Counted from the stretch's first letter, positions 8,386-19,824 are shown. The stretch is DNA of 24,000 nucleotides from Acaryochloris marina S15 (GCF_018336915.1 NZ_CP064923.1:5552268-5576267); one strand, 5' to 3'. Made by a program: numbers and translations. Notes: generated by a model not told the origin, from the sequence alone.

Positions 8386-8661
8386 ATGGCATGAATTAAC
8401 TAGTTGTTTATACTCTAACCAATCTTCCAAACCCAGACCTGAGAAGAACTACGGAATTATTATTTCTGTTACCAAAAAACCTCCAGTAAATACACCCACA
8501 TTTACTTTCGCTCTATCGAATAGAAGTCATAACAGCCATAACAGAAACGGAACTTTAGACAGAAATTTATAATATTCACAACAACTTCATAGGGCAATAA
8601 GTGCACGCCCCTCCTGATACGCTGAAATGAATCCATTCAAAGTTTTTATGGCAGAGCAGAT

Positions 8662-10089
8662 ATGGAAACGCAAACCGATTCCAATCCGAGCAACTTAGAT
8701 ATTCAATTCAATTTTTGGCAACAGTGGTATCCAGTCGCTCCCTTAGAAGACTTAGATCCACAGCGCCCCACTGCCATTACGTTATTAGGGCAACATTTTG
8801 TTATTTGGCAACCCAAGCATTCTGACCAATATCTAGTATTTCAAGATCTGTGCTCCCACCGCTTAGCTCCCCTCAGTGAAGGTCGCATTGACGAGCAAAC
8901 CGGTCAGCTCATGTGTAGCTATCACGGTTGGCAATTTGATCAAGAAGGTCTTTGCACCCACATTCCTCAAGCTGAAGCAGTCACCCCTAAGCAGGGACAG
9001 CTGTACTGCGTTACTGCTGTCCCCACTCAAGCGCAAAGTGGACTGTTGTGGGTATGGCCAGATCCAGACACCCGAGAAATTGCTGCCACACAACCTTTGC
9101 CTCTCTCCCCCCTCATTAATGCTGACCAAAACTTTGTCTGGTCCTCTGTCATGAGAGATTTGGCCTATGATTGGCAAACGTTAGTTGAAAACGTCTCTGA
9201 CCCGAGTCACGTTCCCTTTGCCCATCATGGTGTCCAAGGCAATCGCAACCAAGCCGCTCCTATCCCTATGGAGGTTCTGACCTCCACCCCAGAGCTAATT
9301 GAAGTCTTGACCACGGGGAAGTTCGCCACCACAATCACCTTTCAACCGCCCTGCCGCTTGGAATATCAATTTTCTATCGGTGAAGGGAAACAAGCAGCTA
9401 TGGTCACCTACTGTATTCCCATTGCCCCAGGTCGATCTCGCATCGTAGCCCTGTTTGCACGCAATTTTGCCACAGGTCTCATGAAAGTGCTTCCTCGCTG
9501 GGTAGAGCATATGAAAAACCGCAATCCAGTGCTGGATGGCGACATGATTTTGTTACGTGCCCAAGAAAAACAGCTTCTTCAGCACACCCAAACCCAAAAT
9601 TGGCAAACCGCCTACAAGCTCCCCACCAGTGCGGATCGTCTCGTGATTGAATATCGGCGATGGTTCGAAAAGTATAGTCACGGACAAATTCCTTGGGGAT
9701 CTGCTGATGGGCAGATTTTCGTTGCTTCCAACAACTATGACTATTTACAACCTCTAGGAGAGAAGCGACCTCAAATTCTGGATCGATATCATCAACACAC
9801 CTTGATCTGTAGTAGCTGTCGACGAGCGTTGAGCAGAATCAAGCTATTGCAAAAGATTTTGGTAGCTGTCTTTGCGATCGCAATCAGTGGAACAGCAATC
9901 TTGCCTGATTCTTTACTCCCTTCCCGCCATAAGATTGTGCATCTAAATATCATTGAAATTCTTATTTATCAAGAATCTGAATACCCAATCTTATGCTGGG
10001 ATGGGAGTAAGAGTGACGTGGGGGATTCCCATGGTTCTCATAGGGCTTCTAGGGTTAGGGATCTATTATGGGTTGAAATATTGGCTTAA
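8662..10089 (+). CDS. PaO/Tic55-family Rieske [2Fe-2S] non-haem-iron oxygenase; the C-terminus as sequenced is frame-disrupted
   Basis: It has the Rieske motif CSHRLAPLSEGRIDEQTGQLMCSYH, the mononuclear-iron motif ENVSDPSHVPFAHH and the family-typical C-terminal CSSC. The last roughly 50 aa of this frame look non-native. The expected C-terminal anchor is encoded in another frame ending at 10132. Confidence 0.85.
   Translation: METQTDSNPSNLDIQFNFWQQWYPVAPLEDLDPQRPTAITLLGQHFVIWQPKHSDQYLVFQDLCSHRLAPLSEGRIDEQTGQLMCSYHGWQFDQEGLCTHIPQAEAVTPKQGQLYCVTAVPTQAQSGLLWVWPDPDTREIAATQPLPLSPLINADQNFVWSSVMRDLAYDWQTLVENVSDPSHVPFAHHGVQGNRNQAAPIPMEVLTSTPELIEVLTTGKFATTITFQPPCRLEYQFSIGEGKQAAMVTYCIPIAPGRSRIVALFARNFATGLMKVLPRWVEHMKNRNPVLDGDMILLRAQEKQLLQHTQTQNWQTAYKLPTSADRLVIEYRRWFEKYSHGQIPWGSADGQIFVASNNYDYLQPLGEKRPQILDRYHQHTLICSSCRRALSRIKLLQKILVAVFAIAISGTAILPDSLLPSRHKIVHLNIIEILIYQESEYPILCWDGSKSDVGDSHGSHRASRVRDLLWVEILA
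9928..9995. repeat. AT-rich palindromic mini-insert (MITE-like) inside the Rieske oxygenase gene
   Basis: A perfect 10-bp terminal inverted repeat (CATAAGATTG at 9928-9937, CAATCTTATG at 9986-9995) encloses an inner palindrome ATTCTT/AAGAAT (9957-9976). By hand count 18 of 68 bases are G+C, far below the surrounding gene. Confidence 0.55.
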
Positions 10090-10132
10090 ACCCAGATTTT
10101 ATTTTGTGGATTATATCCATGCACATCACTGA
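9998..10132 (+). other. Displaced authentic 3' coding segment of the Rieske oxygenase gene (+1 frame)
   Basis: This frame reads GMGVRVTWGIPMVLIGLLGLGIYYGLKYWLKPRFYFVDYIHAHH*. That is a transmembrane helix plus the FYFVDY-type tail expected at the C-terminus of cyanobacterial PaO-family proteins. Confidence 0.65.
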
Positions 10133-10757
10133 TCAATCGATTTTTAGATAAAAGCCTTGGAAACACTCTGTCCATAAGTGTTTTCAAAGCTATTTTGTAC
10201 AACGTTACACCAACCGTTAGAGTTCAGTGAACGATAGAACCTGCCTACCCGTGAACTGAATTCCATCGACCTAACAACCAAAAGATACAGGTTTATGGCC
10301 AAGAGTTATTACCACAAAAAGTTTTACAAGATAAGAACCTTTATAGTTATTTCATTGATTCATATTAATTTATATGAAATATTACCGATTTCTTCGTGCA
10401 GATTTAATTTGGTAGTCTATTGACAACCAAATCTTCCAAAACTGGGTCTATTGTAACTTCCACAACATTTATGAGGAAGAAATTTCAGCCCTTTCATAAA
10501 TATATTCTTTAGATTAAAATCTTGACTAAAATGCAGAGTATTGCGAATGAGATCGCACGATCAGCTCAGCTGCCATAACGGGGATCAAATTCTTACAATC
10601 TTTACAAGGAAAAGCTTACAAGGATTATTATCGGTATTACAATTTATATGTAAAGAACTGTATTGAGTCCTAGCTATGTAAACCATGAGTATTAAGTATT
10701 TTTTCTTAGCCTGTTTGAGCTGAGTGGAAGGATATACTTCTAGAACAGAAACGCTTG

Positions 10758-11219
10758 ATGTTGTTGAGGTCGCGTATGGATTCGCCCCCTCCTATGTTGT
10801 TTGCGTCAGTCACAGCCTTTTCGATGACGCTAGCTGTATTCCTTTACATAGGACTTGGTGTACTAGGGATTACCCTACGAAGATTGCGACTCCGTCACGG
10901 TGAAGCTTCTTGGGGATGGTTACGTTATATCCACTATGGATTGGGTATCACACTAGTACTGACAATTTTAGAATTAATGACCATCGGTATTTTAGGTGCC
11001 TCCACTTATGAAGGAACCTCCGGTCATTCATCTCACTTACCTGCTGGCCTATTGGTCGCTGGTTTAACCCTTGCTTCTGCTTGGGCCGCCAGTCGTGTGC
11101 ATCCCAAGCGTCCTTGGGCTCGTCCACTCCACGTCAGCATTAATGGCATGCTTTTTCTAGCCTTAACCGCCGTGTCTTGGACAGGCTGGTCCGTGCTTCA
11201 GAACTATTTGCCTCAGTAA
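10758..11219 (+). CDS. Four-helix integral membrane protein, DUF4079-like
   Basis: The ORF has four hydrophobic helices and conserved-looking His residues (IHYGLG and SSHLPAG). The start is uncertain: TTG 10755, ATG 10758, ATG 10776 or ATG 10794. Confidence 0.6.
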   Translation: MLLRSRMDSPPPMLFASVTAFSMTLAVFLYIGLGVLGITLRRLRLRHGEASWGWLRYIHYGLGITLVLTILELMTIGILGASTYEGTSGHSSHLPAGLLVAGLTLASAWAASRVHPKRPWARPLHVSINGMLFLALTAVSWTGWSVLQNYLPQ

Positions 11220-11243
11220 CCTCTGATTCATAATCGAGTCGAC

Positions 11244-11277
11244 AGTACGCAGCATTTGCTGCGTACTCTGTTTTCTT
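11244..11277 (+). terminator. Intrinsic terminator
   Basis: A perfect 10-bp stem, AGTACGCAGC (11244-11253) with GCTGCGTACT (11258-11267), encloses a 4-nt loop and is followed by CTGTTTTCTT. It ends directly at the next gene's ATG. Confidence 0.7.
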
Positions 11278-11709
11278 ATGCAAACACTAAGTGGTCGCTG
11301 TCTCTGCGAAGGGATAGCTTATGAGATTTCAGGCGAACTGGGTCCCATTTTTAACTGTCATTGCTCAAAATGCAGGCGCTGGCATGGAGCTGCTTTTCGC
11401 ACCCGAGCCACCATTACCACTCAGCAATTTAAGTGGATTAAAGGTGAAGACTTACTGTCTCGCTACCATTCTTCCGAGTTTGTAGTGAAGCATTTTTGTT
11501 CTGTCTGTGGCTCCAATCTCATCAGCACCTATGACAATGCGCCTGATAAGATCGGTATTCCATTAGGCGGGCTAGATCAAGCGCCTCACAATGCACCAGA
11601 GGGACACATTTACGTGGGGTCTAAATCTCCTTGGTTCACCATTACAGATGACCTCCCCCAGCACGATATCTGGCCAGGCAGCCATGCCAAAGTCCGTGAG
11701 ACCCGATAA
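11278..11709 (+). CDS. GFA (glutathione-dependent formaldehyde-activating / CENP-V) family protein
   Basis: The 143-aa ORF has the zinc-binding Cys pattern CLCEG...CHCSKCRRWHGAAF...FCSVCGSNL, characteristic of the GFA domain. Confidence 0.85.
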   Translation: MQTLSGRCLCEGIAYEISGELGPIFNCHCSKCRRWHGAAFRTRATITTQQFKWIKGEDLLSRYHSSEFVVKHFCSVCGSNLISTYDNAPDKIGIPLGGLDQAPHNAPEGHIYVGSKSPWFTITDDLPQHDIWPGSHAKVRETR

Positions 11710-11735
11710 GCGCTCTCTCGCGAACATCTCACAGG

Positions 11736-12368
11736 CTAGGCAGTCGGTTCAGTGCCCTGCCAACGCTGAAGTGGCACACAATCTATCCCGAGTTGATCTA
11801 AAGCTCGAGCTACCACAAAGTCTGCCAAGTCTTCGATGGTTTGGGGGTTGTGGTACCAAGCAGGAATCGCAGGCACAATCCGGGCTCCAGCCTCTGCCAA
11901 AGTAGTCAGATTTCGCAGGTGAATCAGGCTAAAGGGGGTTTCTCTAGGCACGATCACTAAAGGGCGTCGTTCCTTCAGGTGAACATCGGCCGTCCGTTCT
12001 AATAGGCTAGAACTGAGACCCGCAGCAATTTTAGCCACCGTACTCATACTGCAAGGAATCACCAGCATCCCCAGGGTGCGAAAGGAGCCGCTGGCAATCC
12101 CTGCACCGACGTTAGTGGCGGCATGGCAGGTTAACTTCCCACCCCATTCATCGGCTTGCTGACGCCAAAATTGCTCTTGCTTACCGGGATCAGCGGGCAT
12201 ACGAATATTTTGCTCGGCTTGCCAAACCTGGTAAGTGGCCTTAGAAGCCACCAGTTCAATCGAATAATTTGCTCGGAGCAAGAACTTAATCGTGCGTACA
12301 GCATAGAGTAATCCTGATGCACCAGAAACGCCTAAAGTAACGGGTAGCGGTGAGTTAGAGTGAGACAC
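11736..12368 (-). CDS. ubiX: Flavin prenyltransferase UbiX/Pad1 family
   Basis: The 210-aa ORF carries GVSGASG, IPCSMSTVAKIAAG, LLERTADVHLKERRPLV and VPRETP, matching UbiX-type FMN prenyltransferases. Confidence 0.9.
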   Translation of the reverse strand: MSHSNSPLPVTLGVSGASGLLYAVRTIKFLLRANYSIELVASKATYQVWQAEQNIRMPADPGKQEQFWRQQADEWGGKLTCHAATNVGAGIASGSFRTLGMLVIPCSMSTVAKIAAGLSSSLLERTADVHLKERRPLVIVPRETPFSLIHLRNLTTLAEAGARIVPAIPAWYHNPQTIEDLADFVVARALDQLGIDCVPLQRWQGTEPTA

Positions 12369-12559
12369 AAGCGTAGGTTATAAAAGAGTGGTATTTCGCC
12401 TTAGCGGAACGTTTTATTATAACGTTGATACTCTGTATTCCTCACAGAGAGAGCGATCCCCAACCTAGACCCTATTCCGTTTGCAGAATCAGTACCATAG
12501 GATTACCAGAGAATAGAGCAAGCCTTCCATAAACGCAGCTTGGCACGAAGGATCCCAGA

Positions 12560-13039
12560 GTGAACAAAACTCTTTTTTCATCCAAAGGCTTAACCCTTCT
12601 AAGTTGGCTATTTTGGATGGCGATAATGGTTCAATTTTCTACCCAGCGATGGGGGGGTGAACAAACCCAATCCATTCTGACAGCGCTTCTAAATTTGAGT
12701 GTGCCAGCTCTGCTCAATGGGCTTAGCCCAGAGCAATTGCACACCTTGAACTTTATCGTTCGCAAGGGTGCTCATTTGACGGAATATGCCATTCTCACCA
12801 CCCTTTGCTTCACAATGGGGACATTCGGGTTCCAAAAGCCTTGGAAATCAGTCTTACCCTTTGCAGTCCTAGGTTCAGCACTCTTTGCGATCACTGATGA
12901 AATCCATCAGAATTTTGTCCCGAATCGCGGTGCTTCTCCTATAGATGTGCTGATTGATATTACCGGTGCATTGATTGCAGTCAGCTTGATTAGTCTTTGG
13001 AAGACTCGTTTTCAACCCAATCCCCCACAAAACCTATGA
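12560..13039 (+). CDS. VanZ-family membrane protein
   Basis: The 159-aa ORF starts at GTG. It is multi-pass hydrophobic and has RKGAHLTEYAIL and DEIHQNFVPNRGASPIDVLID, the VanZ-like signature. Confidence 0.75.
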   Translation: MNKTLFSSKGLTLLSWLFWMAIMVQFSTQRWGGEQTQSILTALLNLSVPALLNGLSPEQLHTLNFIVRKGAHLTEYAILTTLCFTMGTFGFQKPWKSVLPFAVLGSALFAITDEIHQNFVPNRGASPIDVLIDITGALIAVSLISLWKTRFQPNPPQNL

Positions 13040-13396
13040 CGGTTACTCAGTTATTACATACAGCCTTGCTCGTGCAGGATTTAGAGCGATCTCGGCAGTT
13101 TTATGGCGAGGTGTTGGGATTAACGGAATGTCCCCGTCCATTTGATTTTCCAGGGGCTTGGTATCAAATCGGCCCTCAGCAACTGCACGTCATGGTGTCC
13201 CCCGATTATGTCGCCCGACAGGCCAATCAAGAACGATGGGGACGCAATCGCCATGTGGCCCTGGCAGTCTCTGATCTAGAAGACTGTCAAACCCAGTTAA
13301 CGGCAGCTGGAGTAACCTATCAATTAAGCCATTCGGGCCGAGCTGCTTTATTTGTGCACGATCCAGATGGCAATATTATTGAGCTGAGTCAAGTCG

Positions 13397-13419
<23 letters not shown>
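13036..13419 (+). CDS. VOC/glyoxalase-family protein
   Basis: The track ORF is trimmed to ATG 13036, which overlaps the vanZ stop as ATGA. The motifs LLHTALLVQDLERSRQFYGEVLGL and LFVHDPDGNIIEL are typical of glyoxalase/bleomycin-resistance folds. Confidence 0.8.
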
Positions 13420-16770
<3,351 letters not shown>

Positions 16771-16793
16771 CGCAGATCCAACTCAAACCCTAT

Positions 16794-17279
16794 CTACGAA
16801 CCAGAGGTCAATAATGCTACCGCATAAGCGCAAATTCCCTGCTCTTGTCCTACAGGCCCCAGTTTTTCATTCGTTGTGGCTTTTATACCTATTAAATCAG
16901 GACTGAGATTCAAGGTTTTGCTAATGCGATCGCGCATTGCATTGATATGAGGTTTCAGCTTGGGACGCTCTGCCACCACCACCGAGTCAATATTACCAAT
17001 CTGCCAGCCTCGATCCAGAATCAACTGGTGTACCTGTTCCAGCAATTTCAGACTATCTGCCCCTGCCCATTGAGGATCCGTTGGCGGAAAATAATGGCCA
17101 ATATCGCCTAAACTCAAGGCTCCTAACAGGGCATCCATAATTGCATGGGTCAACACATCCGCATCACTATGGCCTTTCAAGCCTAGAGAATGCTCAATTT
17201 GAACTCCCCCAAGAATCAACGGGCGATCTTCAACCAGTTGATGGATATCGTAACCATTACCAATACGGATGGATGTCAT
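16794..17279 (-). CDS. ispF: 2-C-methyl-D-erythritol 2,4-cyclodiphosphate synthase
   Basis: The 161-aa ORF contains [29 protein letters not shown] and LGDIGHYFP, the canonical IspF motifs. Confidence 0.95.
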   Translation of the reverse strand: MTSIRIGNGYDIHQLVEDRPLILGGVQIEHSLGLKGHSDADVLTHAIMDALLGALSLGDIGHYFPPTDPQWAGADSLKLLEQVHQLILDRGWQIGNIDSVVVAERPKLKPHINAMRDRISKTLNLSPDLIGIKATTNEKLGPVGQEQGICAYAVALLTSGS

Positions 17280-17560
17280 AGTCTCGCTACAGGAATGAAT
17301 TGAAAAACGGCCCAGTGCTCTCGTACCATACTATGACGGCACCTCTGACAGAAAGAGTCGTTGGGCTGCAAAGACATCCTTTTGGGAGGGAAGAACCATC
17401 GATCGTCCACCCTCCATAACCGTTACACCAGCCTAGGTCACTCTTTAGGATTGGAACAGGTTCCCAGGGTCACCGTCTAAACAATCAACACGTTATGCCC
17501 AAAAAGCATACCTACTCAGTTCCCCTACAGTTACTGTTATTGTTTTTCAAATCACAACTT

Positions 17561-18067
17561 ATGCAAAAATTTCTGCTTTTTTCATCCATACTTCTAGCCC
17601 CTTTAGCAGCTACCCCAGTGCTGCATGCTCAGGAAACGGTTTCTCACCTTCCCCTTCCCTATGCTCAACCCTTAGTCATCGCTCAAGACGCAGTAAAAGC
17701 CGACCCCTTCTTTTTGACCCGTGCCAAGAATCTGGCACGGCAAGCAGCCGAACGAGAAAACGGTGGCCTTAGTCAGTACCGGGCTGAAACATCGATGTAT
17801 GGCCCTGCCATCGATTCCCCTCATGTCGAGAATGAAGATGGCAGTGTCACCTTCTCCTTCAAAGGGGGTGCTCCTGGGTTTGTTTCCCCGACTCTAGAAA
17901 CAGTAGCCACCGTTGCTCCTGCAGGCATCGTTACGATCGGTTACAACGGTCCCATTCGTCCCGCAGCCGCTCAGCCCTCCGAGCCTGACCCTACCCCGGC
18001 AGCCCCAGCTTCCATTCCCCAGGTTCCATCTCAAATTATTGACCAAATCAAAGATTTAGTTGAATAG
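17561..18067 (+). CDS. Secreted protein with one copy of an unassigned 87-aa domain
   Basis: The ORF is trimmed to ATG 17561, giving the Sec-type signal MQKFLLFSSILLAPLAATPVLHA/QE. The domain lies at 17702-17962 and is followed by a Pro-rich tail. Confidence 0.7.
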   Translation: MQKFLLFSSILLAPLAATPVLHAQETVSHLPLPYAQPLVIAQDAVKADPFFLTRAKNLARQAAERENGGLSQYRAETSMYGPAIDSPHVENEDGSVTFSFKGGAPGFVSPTLETVATVAPAGIVTIGYNGPIRPAAAQPSEPDPTPAAPASIPQVPSQIIDQIKDLVE

Positions 18068-18236
18068 ACGCCTTATCCATCGGATCTAGCGAAAGAACGC
18101 AGAACAACGCGTTTCTATCACCAGCCATCTGAATTCATCGCCCCCACAGATAGGCATCCCAGACGATAGCCTATGGGTGTTTTCTGCCTTTACTATGGGC
18201 AGATGGTTTTGTTTATCTCTCTTTAGGGTTGTGTCT

Positions 18237-19217
18237 ATGCGCCAGTTTGTTGCTTTTTCAAAGGTTTTATTGCTTCCCCTTTGTTTGGGAATAGGGCAGG
18301 TAGCGGTCTATGCCCAATCCTTACCCTCCGTCACTCCTCCTCCTCAAGCCACAGATCCCTTTTTCCTGACCCGGGCAAAGAACCTAGCCAGACAAGCAGC
18401 CGAACGACAAAATGGGGGTCTCAGACTTTATCGTGCAGAAGCTGCCATGTATGGGCCTGCCATAGATGCGCCCAGTCAACAGAATTCCGACGGCAGCGTC
18501 ACCTTTACCTTCAAAGGCGGAGCACCTGGCTTCGTCACGCCCACAGTAGAGACTATCGCGACCGTTACCCCCCAAGGATTAGTCAGTCTCCAATACAACG
18601 GTCCTTTACGCTCTGTTGCCCTTGCCAAGGTCAAGCCCACCCCCTCTCAAACTCAAGAGCCAACACAACCCCTTAATCAATCGACCAACTCCTTAGAAAA
18701 GCCTGTTTTAATCCCTAGCTCCCAACCCTTACTGCCTAATTCATCTCCACCCTTACCCGCTCAGCCAAAGGCACCAAGCACTCGCCCTCCCAGCTCTGGC
18801 CTACCCACTCTACAGCCAGCACCCGTCATCCCCCCCAGGCAAACATTGCCACCTATCGCGACACAGCCAACACCTGCTATTACCCCCCAGAGCACTCCCA
18901 GCCGCCCAGTTCAGACCTCACCAGCATCTATCCAAAACACATCTATCCAAAACGCTGATTTCTTTCTCTCTCGCGCCAAAAACTTGGCTAGGCAAGCCGC
19001 TATCAACGCTAACGGGGGTTTAGCCCAGTATCGACCTGAAACTTCAATGTTTGGTCCTGCTGCTGGCACCCCACATCAAAAAAATCAAGATGGCAGTATC
19101 ACCTTTAGATTCCAAGGAGGAGTCCCTGGCTATCGCAATCCCACTGTAGAATCTGTGGTCACAGTGACCCAAAATAGCACTGTCACTGTTACGTATAATG
19201 GCCCCATTCGACCATAG
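18237..19217 (+). CDS. Secreted protein with two copies of the same 87-aa domain joined by a Pro/Ser/Thr/Gln-rich linker
   Basis: The ORF is trimmed to ATG 18237, giving the signal MRQFVAFSKVLLLPLCLGIGQVAVYA/QS. The domains lie at 18354-18614 and 18954-19214, with a linker of about 113 aa between them. Confidence 0.7.
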   Translation: MRQFVAFSKVLLLPLCLGIGQVAVYAQSLPSVTPPPQATDPFFLTRAKNLARQAAERQNGGLRLYRAEAAMYGPAIDAPSQQNSDGSVTFTFKGGAPGFVTPTVETIATVTPQGLVSLQYNGPLRSVALAKVKPTPSQTQEPTQPLNQSTNSLEKPVLIPSSQPLLPNSSPPLPAQPKAPSTRPPSSGLPTLQPAPVIPPRQTLPPIATQPTPAITPQSTPSRPVQTSPASIQNTSIQNADFFLSRAKNLARQAAINANGGLAQYRPETSMFGPAAGTPHQKNQDGSITFRFQGGVPGYRNPTVESVVTVTQNSTVTVTYNGPIRP

Positions 19218-19342
19218 GCGCTGCCATTCTGACAAACCTAGGGCAAGCAGCTGCACAAACATCAGCAACGGGGTAAGTTCTCCTAGTAAATGGGTAAACT
19301 AGGACATATCAGACAAAAAATTTATTGTTAAGGATAAGTAGC

Positions 19343-19789
19343 ATGGGTTTGAGCTTCAAGCACTGGAGTGGGGGTATAGCACTAGCCACCTTGATTCTGA
19401 CAGGGAATGGCGTTGCACTAGCTCAAGAAGTTGATCCTCTCGATCGGCCATTACGTCAACCCACCATATCTGAAACGCTGGATCGGCAGTCCAACCTCGA
19501 TAGTTACTGGGAAGATGAGTCCCTCGGAGGGGATGCTAAGTTTCTTTTCAGTGTGGGTACACCAGAAGGAGCCATTCGAAGCGCTGCTGAGCGTGTTGAA
19601 GTGATCTACAAAGATTTACTACAGCAGCAAGATGATGATTTCCCCACCGTTCGCACCCGCGATTTAGCCAATCCTTACGCAACATCATTGCTAGAACTGC
19701 AAAGCCTATCAGGCATTGGGAACTCTGAACCCGAGTCTACTCCCCAATATATTCCTGCTGTAGCCCCTGCTGTTCCTGCGCTTTGGTAG
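19343..19789 (+). CDS. Hypothetical secreted acidic protein
   Basis: ATG 19343 (or TTG 19325) gives the signal-like N-terminus MGLSFKHWSGGIALATLILTGNGVALA/QE. The gene is followed 35 nt later by a perfect terminator hairpin. I recognise no family. Confidence 0.55.
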   Translation: MGLSFKHWSGGIALATLILTGNGVALAQEVDPLDRPLRQPTISETLDRQSNLDSYWEDESLGGDAKFLFSVGTPEGAIRSAAERVEVIYKDLLQQQDDDFPTVRTRDLANPYATSLLELQSLSGIGNSEPESTPQYIPAVAPAVPALW

Positions 19790-19824
19790 AAAGTAAAGCC
19801 AAACTAATTCTCAAAATCCAGAAT

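Noticed and set aside
8330-8572. An 80-aa plus-strand ORF in the AT-rich tract.
   Set aside because: It would have to be translated straight through a terminator hairpin and T-run (8344-8385). It has an implausible composition and no Shine-Dalgarno.
8519-8635. A 38-codon minus-strand ORF (MDSFQRIRRGVHLLPYEVVVNIINFCLKFRFCYGCYDFYSIERK) upstream of the minus-strand terminator.
   Set aside because: It has no ribosome-binding site and overlaps the probable promoter region of the Rieske gene. The evidence is insufficient to call it a gene.
10295-10423. A 42-codon ORF (MAKSYYHKKFYKIRTFIVISLIHINLYEILPISSCRFNLVVY) in the second AT-rich tract, considered as a possible small toxin-like peptide.
   Set aside because: It has no Shine-Dalgarno and its codons simply mirror the AT-rich composition. 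An open stretch of this length is not improbable given the number of frames scanned. It is worth revisiting only if ribosome profiling shows occupancy.
10650-10663. GTA-N8-TAT, considered as an NtcA-like site upstream of the DUF4079-like gene.
   Set aside because: It deviates from the GTAN8TAC consensus, and I could not identify a convincing -10 box at the required spacing.
17462-17472. CCAGGGT, resembling the tRNA 3' end (19882-19888). I considered it as an att-like direct repeat bracketing the secreted-protein block as an integrated island.
   Set aside because: Only 7 nt match, no integrase is present, and matches of this length are expected many times by chance.
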